A stretch of 64,000 nucleotides of DNA from Nitrosopumilus sp. (lineage in GTDB: Archaea > Thermoproteota > Nitrososphaeria > Nitrososphaerales > Nitrosopumilaceae): positions 64,001-128,000 of the forward strand of contig OZ241981.1 in the NCBI GenBank assembly GCA_965204345.1. The letters run 5' to 3'. Positions 18,209 through 28,841 of this stretch are shown in pieces. The notes below the pieces were generated by a model, which searched no databases, was not told the DNA's origin, and saw only the letters and a program-made list of their open reading frames with translations. Both the position numbers and the translations under genes were made by a program. Positions within the stretch are counted from its first letter, which is position 1; each line of letters begins with the position of its first letter.

Positions 18209-18964
18209 ATGAATGAAGATTTGGCGGGAACTGATTATTCCAAATATGGCAAATACACAGTTGATGATTCTCTTGAATTGTCCCTGCCTGGAACCACTAT
18301 AAAATTTGAAAAAATAAGCGAAAATGCTTTTTCATATTTTAGAGAGGATTCTGAGGGCAAAATAACTGAAAAAATGATCCCTGTTCATTCTGATGAATTA
18401 AAGATTGAAATGGCTCCTATCAGGCCCCTTAACCATCCGGCAAGACGTACCGGATACGTCTTTTTAAAATTTGACAAGGAAATCTATCTCAGCCAAAACT
18501 CTGCGGCTAGCATCTTTGTCCACTGCCCAATCGAAGTTGGCATTTTCATAGTTAATGGACCTGCCAGAGAATCCCTGGATTGGATTACGTGCAATCCCCT
18601 TAATTCTAGGTTTGGCCTGTATGGCCCTCCTGATACCGGAATTTTGTGCAAGTATGCCAAAGTCACACTGGCTACTGACTTTGCAGATTCTGTTCCCTAT
18701 GTTGAATGTGTGATGAAAGTTGTCATTGAAAATAATCTGAGTTCCGGGCAAACAATTAGCAAAATAATTTTCCCAATTACTGATAATTCCCTCTACTATG
18801 AAGACTCTAAATCTGTCTTAGATGGAATCAAAGTGACTTTGAAAAAGCGGGCAGTTGTCAGTATTGCAGATGTCCAAACTGCCGTATTGGATACTGACTG
18901 GAAAAAATCCCCCACATGGGAAGACAACACAAAAAATACCTCCATGGAGATGGGATTGGAATGA
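18209..18964 (+). CDS. DUF432-family protein
   Basis: CPIEVGIF and LYGPPDTGILCKY; DUF432 genes typically lie upstream of mscS in archaea. Confidence 0.75.
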   Translation: MNEDLAGTDYSKYGKYTVDDSLELSLPGTTIKFEKISENAFSYFREDSEGKITEKMIPVHSDELKIEMAPIRPLNHPARRTGYVFLKFDKEIYLSQNSAASIFVHCPIEVGIFIVNGPARESLDWITCNPLNSRFGLYGPPDTGILCKYAKVTLATDFADSVPYVECVMKVVIENNLSSGQTISKIIFPITDNSLYYEDSKSVLDGIKVTLKKRAVVSIADVQTAVLDTDWKKSPTWEDNTKNTSMEMGLE

Positions 18965-19788
18965 CTCCGATAGACTTTCTTTCTGGACTGTCAGAAATAG
19001 AGATTGCAGGCGGCCTGAACGTTCTCTCATTACTGATTGGCGGAATCATTATGGCTGCCGGAATCATTATTGCAAAGATTGCAAAGCTGATTTTCTTCAA
19101 ATATTACGCCCCAACTTTGCCTCAGGACACTGCAAAGAATTTTGGCAAAATAATTTATTTTGGAATAATCGTAATGGCGTTTCTTGCGTTTACTTCCAGC
19201 CAGGGCCTTGACTTTTCAGGCCTGCTTGTAGCAGGCGGGATCTTTGCCGTGGTGATTGGATTTGCAACCCAATCAGTAGTCTCCAACTTGATCTCAGGTG
19301 TCTTCTTGATGATTGAAAAACCTGCAAAGCATGGCGATACTTTGCAGATTCCTGACATGGGAATATCTGGAACCCTGCTGGATATTGGCACTTTTTCTAG
19401 CAGGGTTAGAAAGTTTGACGGGACTGTAATTCGAATACCAAATGAGAAATTCTTCACATCCAATATCCGCTCATTAACTGTCTCAACTGTAAGGCGGGCT
19501 GAGGCCATGGTGGGAATTGCCTACAGGGCTGACATTGAAGATGCCATATCCTCAATTAGGGCTGAAATCTTACTTGGGATGCCCTTTGTGCTGAGGGTTC
19601 CAGAGCCTGAGTTCCGTGTCGAGGAACTGGGCGATTCTAGCGTAAATATCCAGGTATTGGTATGGCATCCCCGTGATGATTGGAGCCAGGCCCAGCCCAT
19701 TTTGCTGACTACGATAAAGCGCGCATTGGACAAATCTGGAATAGAAATCCCGTTTCCTCAGCGTGTTATCTGGGATGCCAAGGATTAG
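18961..19788 (+). CDS. mscS: Small-conductance mechanosensitive channel
   Basis: Three TM helices, GFATQSVVSNLISG, IPNEKF, GIEIPFPQR. Start is ATG 18961, overlapping the upstream stop. Confidence 0.92.
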   Translation: MTPIDFLSGLSEIEIAGGLNVLSLLIGGIIMAAGIIIAKIAKLIFFKYYAPTLPQDTAKNFGKIIYFGIIVMAFLAFTSSQGLDFSGLLVAGGIFAVVIGFATQSVVSNLISGVFLMIEKPAKHGDTLQIPDMGISGTLLDIGTFSSRVRKFDGTVIRIPNEKFFTSNIRSLTVSTVRRAEAMVGIAYRADIEDAISSIRAEILLGMPFVLRVPEPEFRVEELGDSSVNIQVLVWHPRDDWSQAQPILLTTIKRALDKSGIEIPFPQRVIWDAKD

Positions 19789-20069
19789 ACTGGTATCTTC
19801 TTAATTTGCTTACTTTGCGCTCTCTTTTTCTTGATCAAGCTAAACATGATCATTCCGACATTGACAATGGAAATTATTTCAATCAAATCCACTCCGTACA
19901 GGAACCAGTCAATTACTGGGTGCACCCTGGAGACAATTCCAGCTTCTAGCATTATGTCTGCATTCCATATCATGTGTGGAACCTGAATGAACTGTATGAT
20001 TGCAATTAAAATTATACTTCCCAGGATTTTATCCTCGTACCAGTTCCAAAATTTGTTCCATACGTTCAT
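19785..20069 (-). CDS. Small membrane protein
   Basis: 94 aa with two hydrophobic segments and a basic tail. Confidence 0.7.
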   Translation of the reverse strand: MNVWNKFWNWYEDKILGSIILIAIIQFIQVPHMIWNADIMLEAGIVSRVHPVIDWFLYGVDLIEIISIVNVGMIMFSLIKKKRAQSKQIKKIPV

Positions 20070-20189
20070 GCACCATGTTGGTCTTTAATTCTATTAAACG
20101 CGTCGGAAATTAGATTCTCCTAATTAGACCTGCCTAATTTTTTTAGGAACAAGAACCGCTAGTGCAGCCTAGTTAGTACCGACTAATTT

Positions 20190-21578
20190 TTATTTTTCGG
20201 CCTTGATGACTTCTTTGCGCATCCAAACGGTTTTTCCTTTATGATCAATTAATTCTATGTTCATTTTCTTTAATTCGTTTCGAATTTTATCTGCAACCTC
20301 AAACTGTCCTGTTTTTCTTGCCTGCTCCCTGTCTGTGATCATGCCGTCTATTGCCTGCTTGTCCTCCTGCGTTATTTCCGGAATGGACAATCCCAAAATG
20401 CCTAACATTCGCTTTAGTTCTATTCTAATTGTCTGGGAATCTTCTCTTCCTAATTTTTCTTCGGCTGCCAGCCTGTTTGCCTCTCTTACTAGTTGGAAAA
20501 ATGCAGATAATGCAAGATGGGTGTTCATGTCATTATCTAACGCATCATTGAATTGACCGCCTAGTCTTGCCACCATCTTATCGGACTCTTCATCTTTGTG
20601 ATTCTCTGCATGGATTAGCTCATAGTAGCATGTCTCTACCTGCCTCCACTTGGTAAGATTTTCTTTTAGCAGTTCCTCAGAATAGTCTATGGGTTTTGAA
20701 TAATGTCCTGATAGGCAGAATAACCGTATGATGTTTGAGCCCCAATTTTCCAAAACATGTCTTATTGACTTGACATTGCCTACAGATTTTGACATTTTTT
20801 CGCCCTCTATGGTGACCATTCCTACATGCATCCATGTTTTTGCAAACTGGGCATCTGTACATGATTCTGACTGTGCAATTTCGTTTTCATGATGTGGAAA
20901 GATAAGATCACGCCCGCCTCCATGAATCTCAAAGTTCTCCCCCAGGTATTTCACGCTCATAGCCGAGCATTCTATGTGCCATCCAGGTCTTCCCCTTCCC
21001 CACGGGCTGTCCCATGCAGGCTCTGATTCTGAGAACTTCCATACTGCAAAATCCAAGGGGTCTTTTTTTTCTTCATCTACCTCTATTCTTGCTCCTGATT
21101 GGAGCTCATCTATCCTCTTTTTTGATAATTTCCCGTATTTGGGGAATTTTGATACTGAAAAGTATACTCCGTTTTTTGCCGTATATGCTATTTCTTTCTC
21201 AACTAGTTTTTCTATAAATTCTATGATATCTGCAATGTGTTCTGTTGCTTTTGGATAATTTGTGGCACGTTTTACATTTAATTCATCAAAATCTCTGAAA
21301 TAGTTTTCAATGTATCTTTTACTAATCTCTTTGGCAGACTTTTTTTCTGCATTTGCTCTGTCGATGATTTTGTCATCCACATCTGTAAAGTTTTGAACAA
21401 GTTCCACCTCTGTTTCCTTGCTCTCTAGGTATCTTCGTAACACGTCAAAAACTATGATTGTTCTTGCATGTCCTATGTGCGATTCATCATATACTGTAAC
21501 CCCGCATACGTATATTTTGACTCTTTTTGCTGTATCTACAGCCTGCTCTGATCTTGATAGCGTGTCCTGAATTTTCAT
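20190..21578 (-). CDS. cysS: Cysteinyl-tRNA synthetase
   Basis: YVCGVTVYD..HIGH, PGWHIECSAM, DLIFPHHENE, KMSKS. Start set at MKIQDT (21578). Confidence 0.97.
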   Translation of the reverse strand: MKIQDTLSRSEQAVDTAKRVKIYVCGVTVYDESHIGHARTIIVFDVLRRYLESKETEVELVQNFTDVDDKIIDRANAEKKSAKEISKRYIENYFRDFDELNVKRATNYPKATEHIADIIEFIEKLVEKEIAYTAKNGVYFSVSKFPKYGKLSKKRIDELQSGARIEVDEEKKDPLDFAVWKFSESEPAWDSPWGRGRPGWHIECSAMSVKYLGENFEIHGGGRDLIFPHHENEIAQSESCTDAQFAKTWMHVGMVTIEGEKMSKSVGNVKSIRHVLENWGSNIIRLFCLSGHYSKPIDYSEELLKENLTKWRQVETCYYELIHAENHKDEESDKMVARLGGQFNDALDNDMNTHLALSAFFQLVREANRLAAEEKLGREDSQTIRIELKRMLGILGLSIPEITQEDKQAIDGMITDREQARKTGQFEVADKIRNELKKMNIELIDHKGKTVWMRKEVIKAEK

Positions 21579-21579
21579 T

Positions 21580-22371
21580 CTAATCCCTGCTTGGTTTTTG
21601 TGGCTGTGATCTTTTATGTTCACTGCTTGTGTGCATCTGCCGTATCTTTTCTATTTTTGAGATGTCAATCTTTGTGGCCTGATGCGTTTCTGTGACTGAT
21701 AATTTCCTCTCAAACAGGCAATACAAAATAACATCTATCTCTTCATACTGCATTCCTAATTCGTTTTCAGCCTCATGTTCAGTCCATAGGTGCGGGCTGC
21801 TCTTTTTTAGAATAATCTCTTTGGGAATCCCCAGATGTTTTGCAATTTCTCTTATCTGAAGCTTGTATAGTGAAACAATTGGTGTGATGTCTGAAGCTCC
21901 ATCCCCGTATTTTGTAAAGTATCCTATCATGTGTTCGCTTTTATCACTTGAGCCTAACACAAGATAGTTTTTCGTGTTTGCATAGTAATACAAAATATCT
22001 GTTCTTACTCTTGCACGCAGGTTTCCTATCGCCTTTTCATCTGCATCCAGGTGTGTGGCATATTCTCTGATAACTGATTCAATGTCTATTATCTTGTGTT
22101 TTATTCCAGTGTCTGTGATTATTTTGAGTGCGTCATCTGTTTCTGTTTTGGGAGTAATTGACGTATCTGGCATTATTAATGCAAGTGTCTTGTCCCTTAA
22201 TTTTTTTTTACAAATGTATGCCAGTACTGCCGAATCTATCCCCCCGCTTAATCCTAAAACAACTCCCTCACTGCGGTTTTTTTCTATCTGTTCTAACAGG
22301 AATTCTTCTATCGTTTCTGTAATTTTGGTATAGTCTTGGGTTGTAATCTCTTTTATGATTTCTTGACTCAA
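21580..22371 (-). CDS. nadE: NH3-dependent NAD+ synthetase
   Basis: GLSGGIDSAV, GNLRARVR, GYFTKYGDG. Confidence 0.95.
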   Translation of the reverse strand: MSQEIIKEITTQDYTKITETIEEFLLEQIEKNRSEGVVLGLSGGIDSAVLAYICKKKLRDKTLALIMPDTSITPKTETDDALKIITDTGIKHKIIDIESVIREYATHLDADEKAIGNLRARVRTDILYYYANTKNYLVLGSSDKSEHMIGYFTKYGDGASDITPIVSLYKLQIREIAKHLGIPKEIILKKSSPHLWTEHEAENELGMQYEEIDVILYCLFERKLSVTETHQATKIDISKIEKIRQMHTSSEHKRSQPQKPSRD

Positions 22372-22735
22372 CGCCTTGTTTTTAGAATCTATCAGAATAA
22401 ACCTTATGCCTAAAACGCAACAGTTGCTTGGTTTTGAACGCAGACTATTCTTTATGCTGATCTGATGTGGTACTATTGCAGAAATGACTCTGACAAATTT
22501 AGATTATCTGCTCATCAGAATTTAAGGGCAAACTGCAGGAGGTGACTTTCTCAAAAAAAAAATTATCCAGTCCTCAAAGAAGCGCAGTTGAAGCTTTTCA
22601 AATCTTTGATTTATGATATGAAACATCAAAGTTTATCAGAACTCCAGCACCCTTCAAAAAATGAGAAGACTCTGCTCTCTTTTGCAGTTTAAGCTATCTT
22701 TAGATGGTTTGAAAAGCTAGTTTTATTTTTAATGG

Positions 22736-23041
22736 CTAAATATCTATGTAAATGCCATCATCTCTTGTTTGAACAGGATATGTTTCAAGCTTTACATCCT
22801 TGAGATAGTCTCTTAATTCTCCTGTTTTGATATTGTAATGCCAAAAATGTAACGGACATTCAACAATATCTCCCTCCAGTTTACCTGATGCAATTGATCC
22901 GTCCTGATGTACACAAAGATCATCCATTGCATGATATCCTCCCTGGTTAAAGACTGCAATCTGCCTTCCGTCTATCTTGAAAGCTTTTCCCTTGCCTGAT
23001 GCAATTGCCCCCTTGTCTGCAATTTTTTTCCATGCCAACAA
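22736..23041 (-). CDS. Rieske [2Fe-2S] ferredoxin
   Basis: CVH...CPLH Rieske ligand motifs. Confidence 0.9.
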   Translation of the reverse strand: MLAWKKIADKGAIASGKGKAFKIDGRQIAVFNQGGYHAMDDLCVHQDGSIASGKLEGDIVECPLHFWHYNIKTGELRDYLKDVKLETYPVQTRDDGIYIDI

Positions 23042-23113
23042 TCCTGCTGTATTTCTATCATTTATTTAGATTCGCATGATAGAATTTTATACTATATTTT
23101 TGGTGCTGAGTTA

Positions 23114-24355
23114 TTGAGCAAAGTTAAGACTAGTCCCAAGTTGGTCCGAGAAGGAAAGCTATCCTACGAGTGGGCCAGGTCTCACATGCAGATTCTTGAT
23201 AATACGATTAATCGGTATAAAAAATCAAAGCCTCTCAAGGGAGTCACTCTTGGATTTTGCTTGCACATTACCAAAGAGACATCTGTCCTGCTTATGGGCG
23301 CCAAAGAACTCGGCGCAACTGTTGCATGCTGTGGGGGAAACCCGCTGACTACGCAGGATAACATCGCAGCATTTTTAGCTTCCAAGGGAATTCACGTATA
23401 TTCTTGGCATGGACAGTCTCTCAAAGACTATGATTGGTGCATTGATCAGGTCCTAAAACACAGGCCTGCAATATTAACTGATGATGGGGCTGACATGAAC
23501 ATCAAAGCTCACTTTGATAAGCGATTCAAAGACATCAAGGTTTTAGGCTCAACTGAAGAAACAACTGCTGGTGTGACTAGAATCAGGGCAGTTGAAAATC
23601 AAGGCAAACTTCGCTATCCTGTAATTTTGGTCAATGAGGCATATACAAAACACATGTTTGATAACAGATATGGCACCGGCCAAAGTACCATTGATGGTTA
23701 TCTTCGGGCAATGAATCTACTGATGGCATCAAAGCGCGTTGTTGTTGTTGGATATGGCTGGGTTGGCCGCGGTGTTGCATCTAGGTGTCACGGAATGGGC
23801 TCCAAGGTAATTGTTACTGAAGTGGATCCTGTAAAGGCCCTTGAAGCACACATGGACGGATTTGAGGTCATGCCCATGTCTCAAGCTGCAAAAATTGGGG
23901 ATATGTTCATTACATGCACTGGCATGACCAGTGTCATCAGAAAGGAGCACATCTTGCAAATGAAAAATGGCGCAATAATGGGCAATGTCGGACACTTTGA
24001 TGTTGAGATTGACAGTGAATTTCTGCTAAAGAACTCTAGGTCTGTTAAGGAGGTAAGGCCCAGCCTTGATGAATGTCATTTGAAAAATGGCAAAAGGGTT
24101 TATCTGATTGGGCAGGGACGTCTTGCAAATCTGGTTGCCGCAGAAGGCCATCCTCCGGAAGTCATGGCCCAATCCTTTTCAAACCAAATTCTTTCAGTCT
24201 TGTATATTCTTAAAAACCATAAAAAAATGGAAAATAAAATCATCAATGTTCCCAAAGAGATTGACCAGCAAATTGCAGTTGATGCACTAAAGGCAATGGA
24301 TGTTAAAATTGACAAGCTGACTCCTGAGCAAGTAAAATATGCAAACAGCTGGTAA
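23114..24355 (+). CDS. ahcY: S-adenosylhomocysteine hydrolase
   Basis: EETTAG, FDNRYGTGQS, GYGWVGRG, GHFDVEI, GRLANL, GHP. Confidence 0.97.
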   Translation: MSKVKTSPKLVREGKLSYEWARSHMQILDNTINRYKKSKPLKGVTLGFCLHITKETSVLLMGAKELGATVACCGGNPLTTQDNIAAFLASKGIHVYSWHGQSLKDYDWCIDQVLKHRPAILTDDGADMNIKAHFDKRFKDIKVLGSTEETTAGVTRIRAVENQGKLRYPVILVNEAYTKHMFDNRYGTGQSTIDGYLRAMNLLMASKRVVVVGYGWVGRGVASRCHGMGSKVIVTEVDPVKALEAHMDGFEVMPMSQAAKIGDMFITCTGMTSVIRKEHILQMKNGAIMGNVGHFDVEIDSEFLLKNSRSVKEVRPSLDECHLKNGKRVYLIGQGRLANLVAAEGHPPEVMAQSFSNQILSVLYILKNHKKMENKIINVPKEIDQQIAVDALKAMDVKIDKLTPEQVKYANSW

Positions 24356-24446
24356 TTTAGGCTCCTTTTGTCTGTGTAATTTTATTTTACTATCTTTATG
24401 CTGTAATTTTCTTCAAAAACCTCATAAAATTACAACATGATCAGTT

Positions 24447-24839
24447 GACCCCGTATGGCATGCTTTTTGTTCTGATGGACGCATGTATGTTGCAGAGAAA
24501 AGTGAAGACAGGATATTTTACCATGGGGCAACAGAGGCACTTGTCTTGGCAAGACATCCAATGCGGGTCATCTAGACACGTACCGTGCAGCAAGAATAAC
24601 ATGCGGACCTGCCATTTATGGCTCTAGAGACGGCCTGTATCGGAGCGGTGATATGGGAGGGGGGCATCAGCGAGATAAGCCTATCTACGCACAATATGGT
24701 TGGGGAAATCACGACATTGGCTGATGACCCATATGGCATGAACAATGCCTGCAACCTGAATACAATTACTGTATCTTTTAACCTGTATGATGATGATGAT
24801 GCTTTTACTACCAGCTCGAAGATAAAAGACGGCAAATAA
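24447..24839 (+). pseudogene. Remnant of an NHL/beta-propeller repeat protein
   Basis: With one frameshift it reads DPYGM.F.SDGRMYVAEKSEDRIFY, and a second DDPYGM follows near 24724; the frames are broken. Confidence 0.4.
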
Positions 24840-24961
24840 TTTGATTTGGCTCTTAGAACCGGCAAATACTGTATTGTCAAAAATAATTAGAAATCACAAC
24901 TAAAATCAATTTCTTTTGGTTCACACAATGAGTTGGGTTTTGCTAAATTCCAGCGATCAGA

Positions 24962-25138
24962 TCAGCAGAAAGCACCATAACCCGCTAGATGTTCAACACT
25001 AATTACAGTAAATTCATTATATTCTGATTCTGAGATCGCAATTTTTTCTCCCGGTCTTGGTGTTGCTTCAACAGTTAATTGCATATTCTCTACAATCTCA
25101 CCTGCATCCTCATCAGGATACAATTTGATTTTTACCAT
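24962..25138 (-). CDS. Small hypothetical protein (58 aa)
   Basis: Manual ORF MVKIKLYPDEDAGEIVENMQLTVEATPRPGEKIAISESEYNEFTVISVEHLAGYGAFC, below the ORF-track cutoff. Confidence 0.4.
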   Translation of the reverse strand: MVKIKLYPDEDAGEIVENMQLTVEATPRPGEKIAISESEYNEFTVISVEHLAGYGAFC

Positions 25139-25490
25139 CTATTCTTTGATGCCTGACTCTGAAATTAATTTTTTCAAGCAAGCTCTTGCATTTTCCTGTA
25201 TCTTTATTAATCCCTAAAAAAAGTCATAATATCTTGGCAGATGATGTATTTTGCAGTTACTCTCTTGTGAAATTTATCCAACCAGTACCTTACGATTCAA
25301 CTTTTCTAGAATGTTATATGAATATGGAATCTCATTTAGTTTCAGATGCACATGCCTCATCCCTGAAAATTCCGTATTATGGAGATATACATCATCCTAC
25401 TTATTTGATAGCGAGCCTGATTTATTCATGAAAATGCAACAAAGATATTTAATATCTGAGGCCAAAATTGTATCTCTAATGGTGAAATAA

Positions 25491-25796
25491 TTGAGTGTAT
25501 CGATAGGAAAACCAAAACTAATTGAAGTGGATTTTCGTGTATGTTGCAATCATGCAACCAACAGTTCTACTAGATGTATACGTACTGTAAAGGCAATTAG
25601 AAAACAATTCAACAACATCATGGAGATTAAAACAACTAAACCATATGGTTCTACAGAAGACATGTGTGTAATTGGTACTGCCAAGATTAAAGCATCAATG
25701 AGAACACAGTTTGAAAAAGATCTCAAAAAATTAAAAATTGATTCTGCTGGAACTAGAAAAATAAAAAGAGCTATAGTTTCATTACCTAGAAAGTAA
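25491..25796 (+). CDS. Hypothetical basic protein
   Basis: 101-aa ORF in an AT-rich patch, directly upstream of the HAD gene. Confidence 0.55.
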   Translation: MSVSIGKPKLIEVDFRVCCNHATNSSTRCIRTVKAIRKQFNNIMEIKTTKPYGSTEDMCVIGTAKIKASMRTQFEKDLKKLKIDSAGTRKIKRAIVSLPRK

Positions 25797-25812
25797 TCTG
25801 AGTAGCATAAAA

Positions 25813-26768
25813 TTGATTAGTTATGTAGTATATCGCAGAGGAACTGAAAAATTAACAATTAGAAAACTTTGTACTACAAAATTATTTTCATCAGTTAAAT
25901 CTTATACAAAAAATACGTTAAAACTTGAAACAAAAAAACCTATTTCTTATTCAGAAAAAGATACTATTGAAAAAATACGCACCAAAATACTTGAAATAAA
26001 TACGATAACTCAAGAACCCAATTTTATCCAATCCTTGAAGAAGAAGAACCAAAACTCCTTCACATATTTGCTGATATTGACAGTACGCTAACTCATCATG
26101 GCGTATCTTCTCTTAACAGAAATGTTCAATCTACAATCGATGCATTTGAAGAACATAATTGCAATTTCTATTTTTGTAGCGGCAGATCATACCAAACTAT
26201 TGACAATTTAAGGAAACTGTATCATACTGGTGAATATGGCATTGCTGAAAATGGAGGAATAATCGTAGGAATGCCTAGGGCAGATGGAACACTAGGAGAC
26301 AAAAGACAGCCTAATAAACTAATTAAATATCTATTGAAAAAAAACATATCTTTTCAAATTGATAAAAATCAACAAAATCGAAGGACCGAATATGTTTTAT
26401 TAACAAATTCAATTACCGAAAATAATCTGAAAAGGGCAATATCAAAATCTGGTGCTATCATAGAATATCATACTAGTAAAAATACATATCATATATCAGC
26501 AAAAAATGTAAACAAAGGATCAGCCATAGCTTTTTTAACTGGCGGAGACGAATTGTCTTTGGACTCTACTTTGGATGAAGTGATTGCAATTGGTGATAGT
26601 GATCTTGATTTTCCCATGTTTAAGCATGCAGATAGATCCTATTTGGTTGGAAAACCAGATAACAGTCTGGCAAAAAAAATCAAGGGACTAAAGAAAAAAG
26701 TTATTCAATTACCACTTCCTCCTGATGCTTTGGATGAAATGTATGGAGATCTTTTCCCCTTGGGCTAA
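25813..26768 (+). pseudogene. Frameshifted HAD subfamily IIB (Cof/phosphoglycolate-phosphatase-like) hydrolase with N-terminal extension
   Basis: The frame of ORF 26271..26768 is open from 25995 and contains motif I FADIDSTL, motif II CSGR, IAENGG, NKG and GDSDLD. It has no start codon before motif I, so a -1 shift from ORF 25813..26091 is needed. Confidence 0.75.
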
Positions 26769-26840
26769 TATCAACGGTTCAGGCAATTCTGGTGATGTGT
26801 CTATCTGTGCCATAAATCACAAATTTAGTAATCTGTAAAT

Positions 26841-26923
26841 TGCACTATGGGATTTTTTGGTGATTACATCTTCTGGGTACTTTTTAAGAAAATCATCTTT
26901 CCAATTTGCTGCTAAATTCCAGT
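26841..26923 (+). repeat. Degenerate dispersed intergenic repeat, copy A
   Basis: TGCACTATGGGATTTTTTGGTG...TAAGAAAATCAT...CAATTT...AAATTCCAGT aligns with 38290-38362; partial copy at 24941-24970. Confidence 0.6.
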
Positions 26924-27183
26924 GAACAAAAAGCAGACGCGCCAGAACCATCCTGCATTGATCACAAAATCCGGAATTCCAGATTTGCCACGTATGTTTT
27001 TAAGTGCAGTTTGCGGACTTGTGGGCGATAACAAAGAAGATACATCATGGCAGACGATCCAACGGCATTTGCCCTAGCGTATCTGAAAATACTCCAAAGG
27101 AAATCTTGGAAACATCTTGATCTTTTCTGGCATCCCTGATAAAATGAGTAAACTATTAAGATCATGACAGCATCCATATCATA

Positions 27184-28839
27184 TTGAGCAAAAAAGCTAT
27201 CATAACAAGCGCCCTGCCTTATGCCAATGGCGAAATCCATTTGGGCCATGTTGCATCCACATACCTTCCTGCTGATGTGACAACTAGATTTTTAAAATTA
27301 AATGGCGTAGAGGCCTACTATGTGTGCGCATCTGATGATTTTGGCACTCCCATACTAATTCAGTCTGAGAAGGAAGGCAAAACCCCTGCTGATTATGTTG
27401 CCTACTGGAATAAACGTGACTATGAGGATTTTACGGCATTTGGCATTGATTTTGACTGCTTTTACAAAACTAGCTCTCCAGAAAACATCCAATTCGTTCA
27501 AGATACGTTCAGAAAACTAAATGATGCTGGACATATCTATGAGAAAGAAATAATTCAATTTTATTGCAACAATGATAAAAAATTCCTGCCTGACAGATAC
27601 GTAAAAGGTGTCTGTCCTTTTTGCAAGTCCGAGGATCAGTATTCTGATCTCTGTGAAAGCTGTGGACGAGTCCCCGAAGAAATTATTGATCCTAAATGTT
27701 CTCTGTGCGGCCAACCTCCTACCAAGGAAAAAACGACTCATTATTTTTACAGGCTGACTAATTTTGGCGGTTCACTGTCTGACTGGCTGGATGAGAATCC
27801 CCATCTTCAAAAAGATGTAAAAAAATATGTGCAAAACTGGATCAAGTCAGGTTTGATTGACTGGGATATTACCCGAGACATCACTTGGGGCGTGCCCATA
27901 CCCCTTGATGATTCCCAGAACAAGGTCTTTTATGGATGGTTTGACAACCATCTGGCGTACATTTCAACTGCCCTGAAATTCCTAAATGAGAGGGGCATTG
28001 ATGGAAAGGAATTCTGGAATTGTGCTGACATTTATCATTTTATTGGAAAGGATATCGTCTATCACCACTATCTGTTTTTGCCTGCCATGAGGCTGGGGAT
28101 GCAAAGCGAATACAAACTGCCTGACTATATTCCAACCCGGGGACATTTAACACTACAGGGAAAGAAAATTTCTAAAAGTAGAAATTGGTACATTGGACTA
28201 AAACAGTTCTTGGAATATTACCCTGCTGATTACCTCAGATTTTATCTGGTATCAATCAATCCATACTCTCAAGATGATCTGAACTTTGATTGGGACGACT
28301 TTGCTACTAGGATTAACTCTGAGCTGATTGGAAACCTTGGAAATTTTATTAATCGAGCACTTGGCTTTACCAAAAAAACATTTGATGGGAGGATTCCTCA
28401 AATAACAACACTTGATGATCAGGACTTGGAGGCAAAGCAAAAAATTAAGAATCTGTCTGGCCAAGTTGGGCTTTTGATGGAACAAAATCATCTTGACAGG
28501 GCCCTGAAAAAGATTATGGAATTTTCCTCCTTCTTTAACCAGTATTTCCAGCACAAAGAACCCTGGAGGAACGGTCCTGGCACGCCAAACTGCGTATATC
28601 TGTCAGTAAATGCCACCCGAAGCCTGGCAATTGCAATGTTTCCGTTTATTCCCGAGTCTGCACAAAAAATCTGGATTCAGTTGGGGCTGCCCGGACTATT
28701 GACCGGTTCTGCATGGGATGATCTGTCTGGTCTGGCAATTCCCCCAGGACACGTTTTAGGCGAATCCTCGCCGCTGTTTGCCAAGGTTGAGCCCTCTGAG
28801 ATTGAAAAGCATAAAAAAGAGCTGGGGCCGTCTGTCTAG
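27184..28839 (+). CDS. metG: Methionyl-tRNA synthetase
   Basis: SALPYANGEIHLGH, Zn-knuckle CxxC pairs, IGKDI, KISKS. Confidence 0.97.
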   Translation: MSKKAIITSALPYANGEIHLGHVASTYLPADVTTRFLKLNGVEAYYVCASDDFGTPILIQSEKEGKTPADYVAYWNKRDYEDFTAFGIDFDCFYKTSSPENIQFVQDTFRKLNDAGHIYEKEIIQFYCNNDKKFLPDRYVKGVCPFCKSEDQYSDLCESCGRVPEEIIDPKCSLCGQPPTKEKTTHYFYRLTNFGGSLSDWLDENPHLQKDVKKYVQNWIKSGLIDWDITRDITWGVPIPLDDSQNKVFYGWFDNHLAYISTALKFLNERGIDGKEFWNCADIYHFIGKDIVYHHYLFLPAMRLGMQSEYKLPDYIPTRGHLTLQGKKISKSRNWYIGLKQFLEYYPADYLRFYLVSINPYSQDDLNFDWDDFATRINSELIGNLGNFINRALGFTKKTFDGRIPQITTLDDQDLEAKQKIKNLSGQVGLLMEQNHLDRALKKIMEFSSFFNQYFQHKEPWRNGPGTPNCVYLSVNATRSLAIAMFPFIPESAQKIWIQLGLPGLLTGSAWDDLSGLAIPPGHVLGESSPLFAKVEPSEIEKHKKELGPSV

Positions 28840-28841
28840 TC

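Noticed and set aside
26271-26768. 165-aa ORF as a complete HAD enzyme
   Set aside because: It lacks motifs I and II, which are encoded upstream in the same frame with no start codon.
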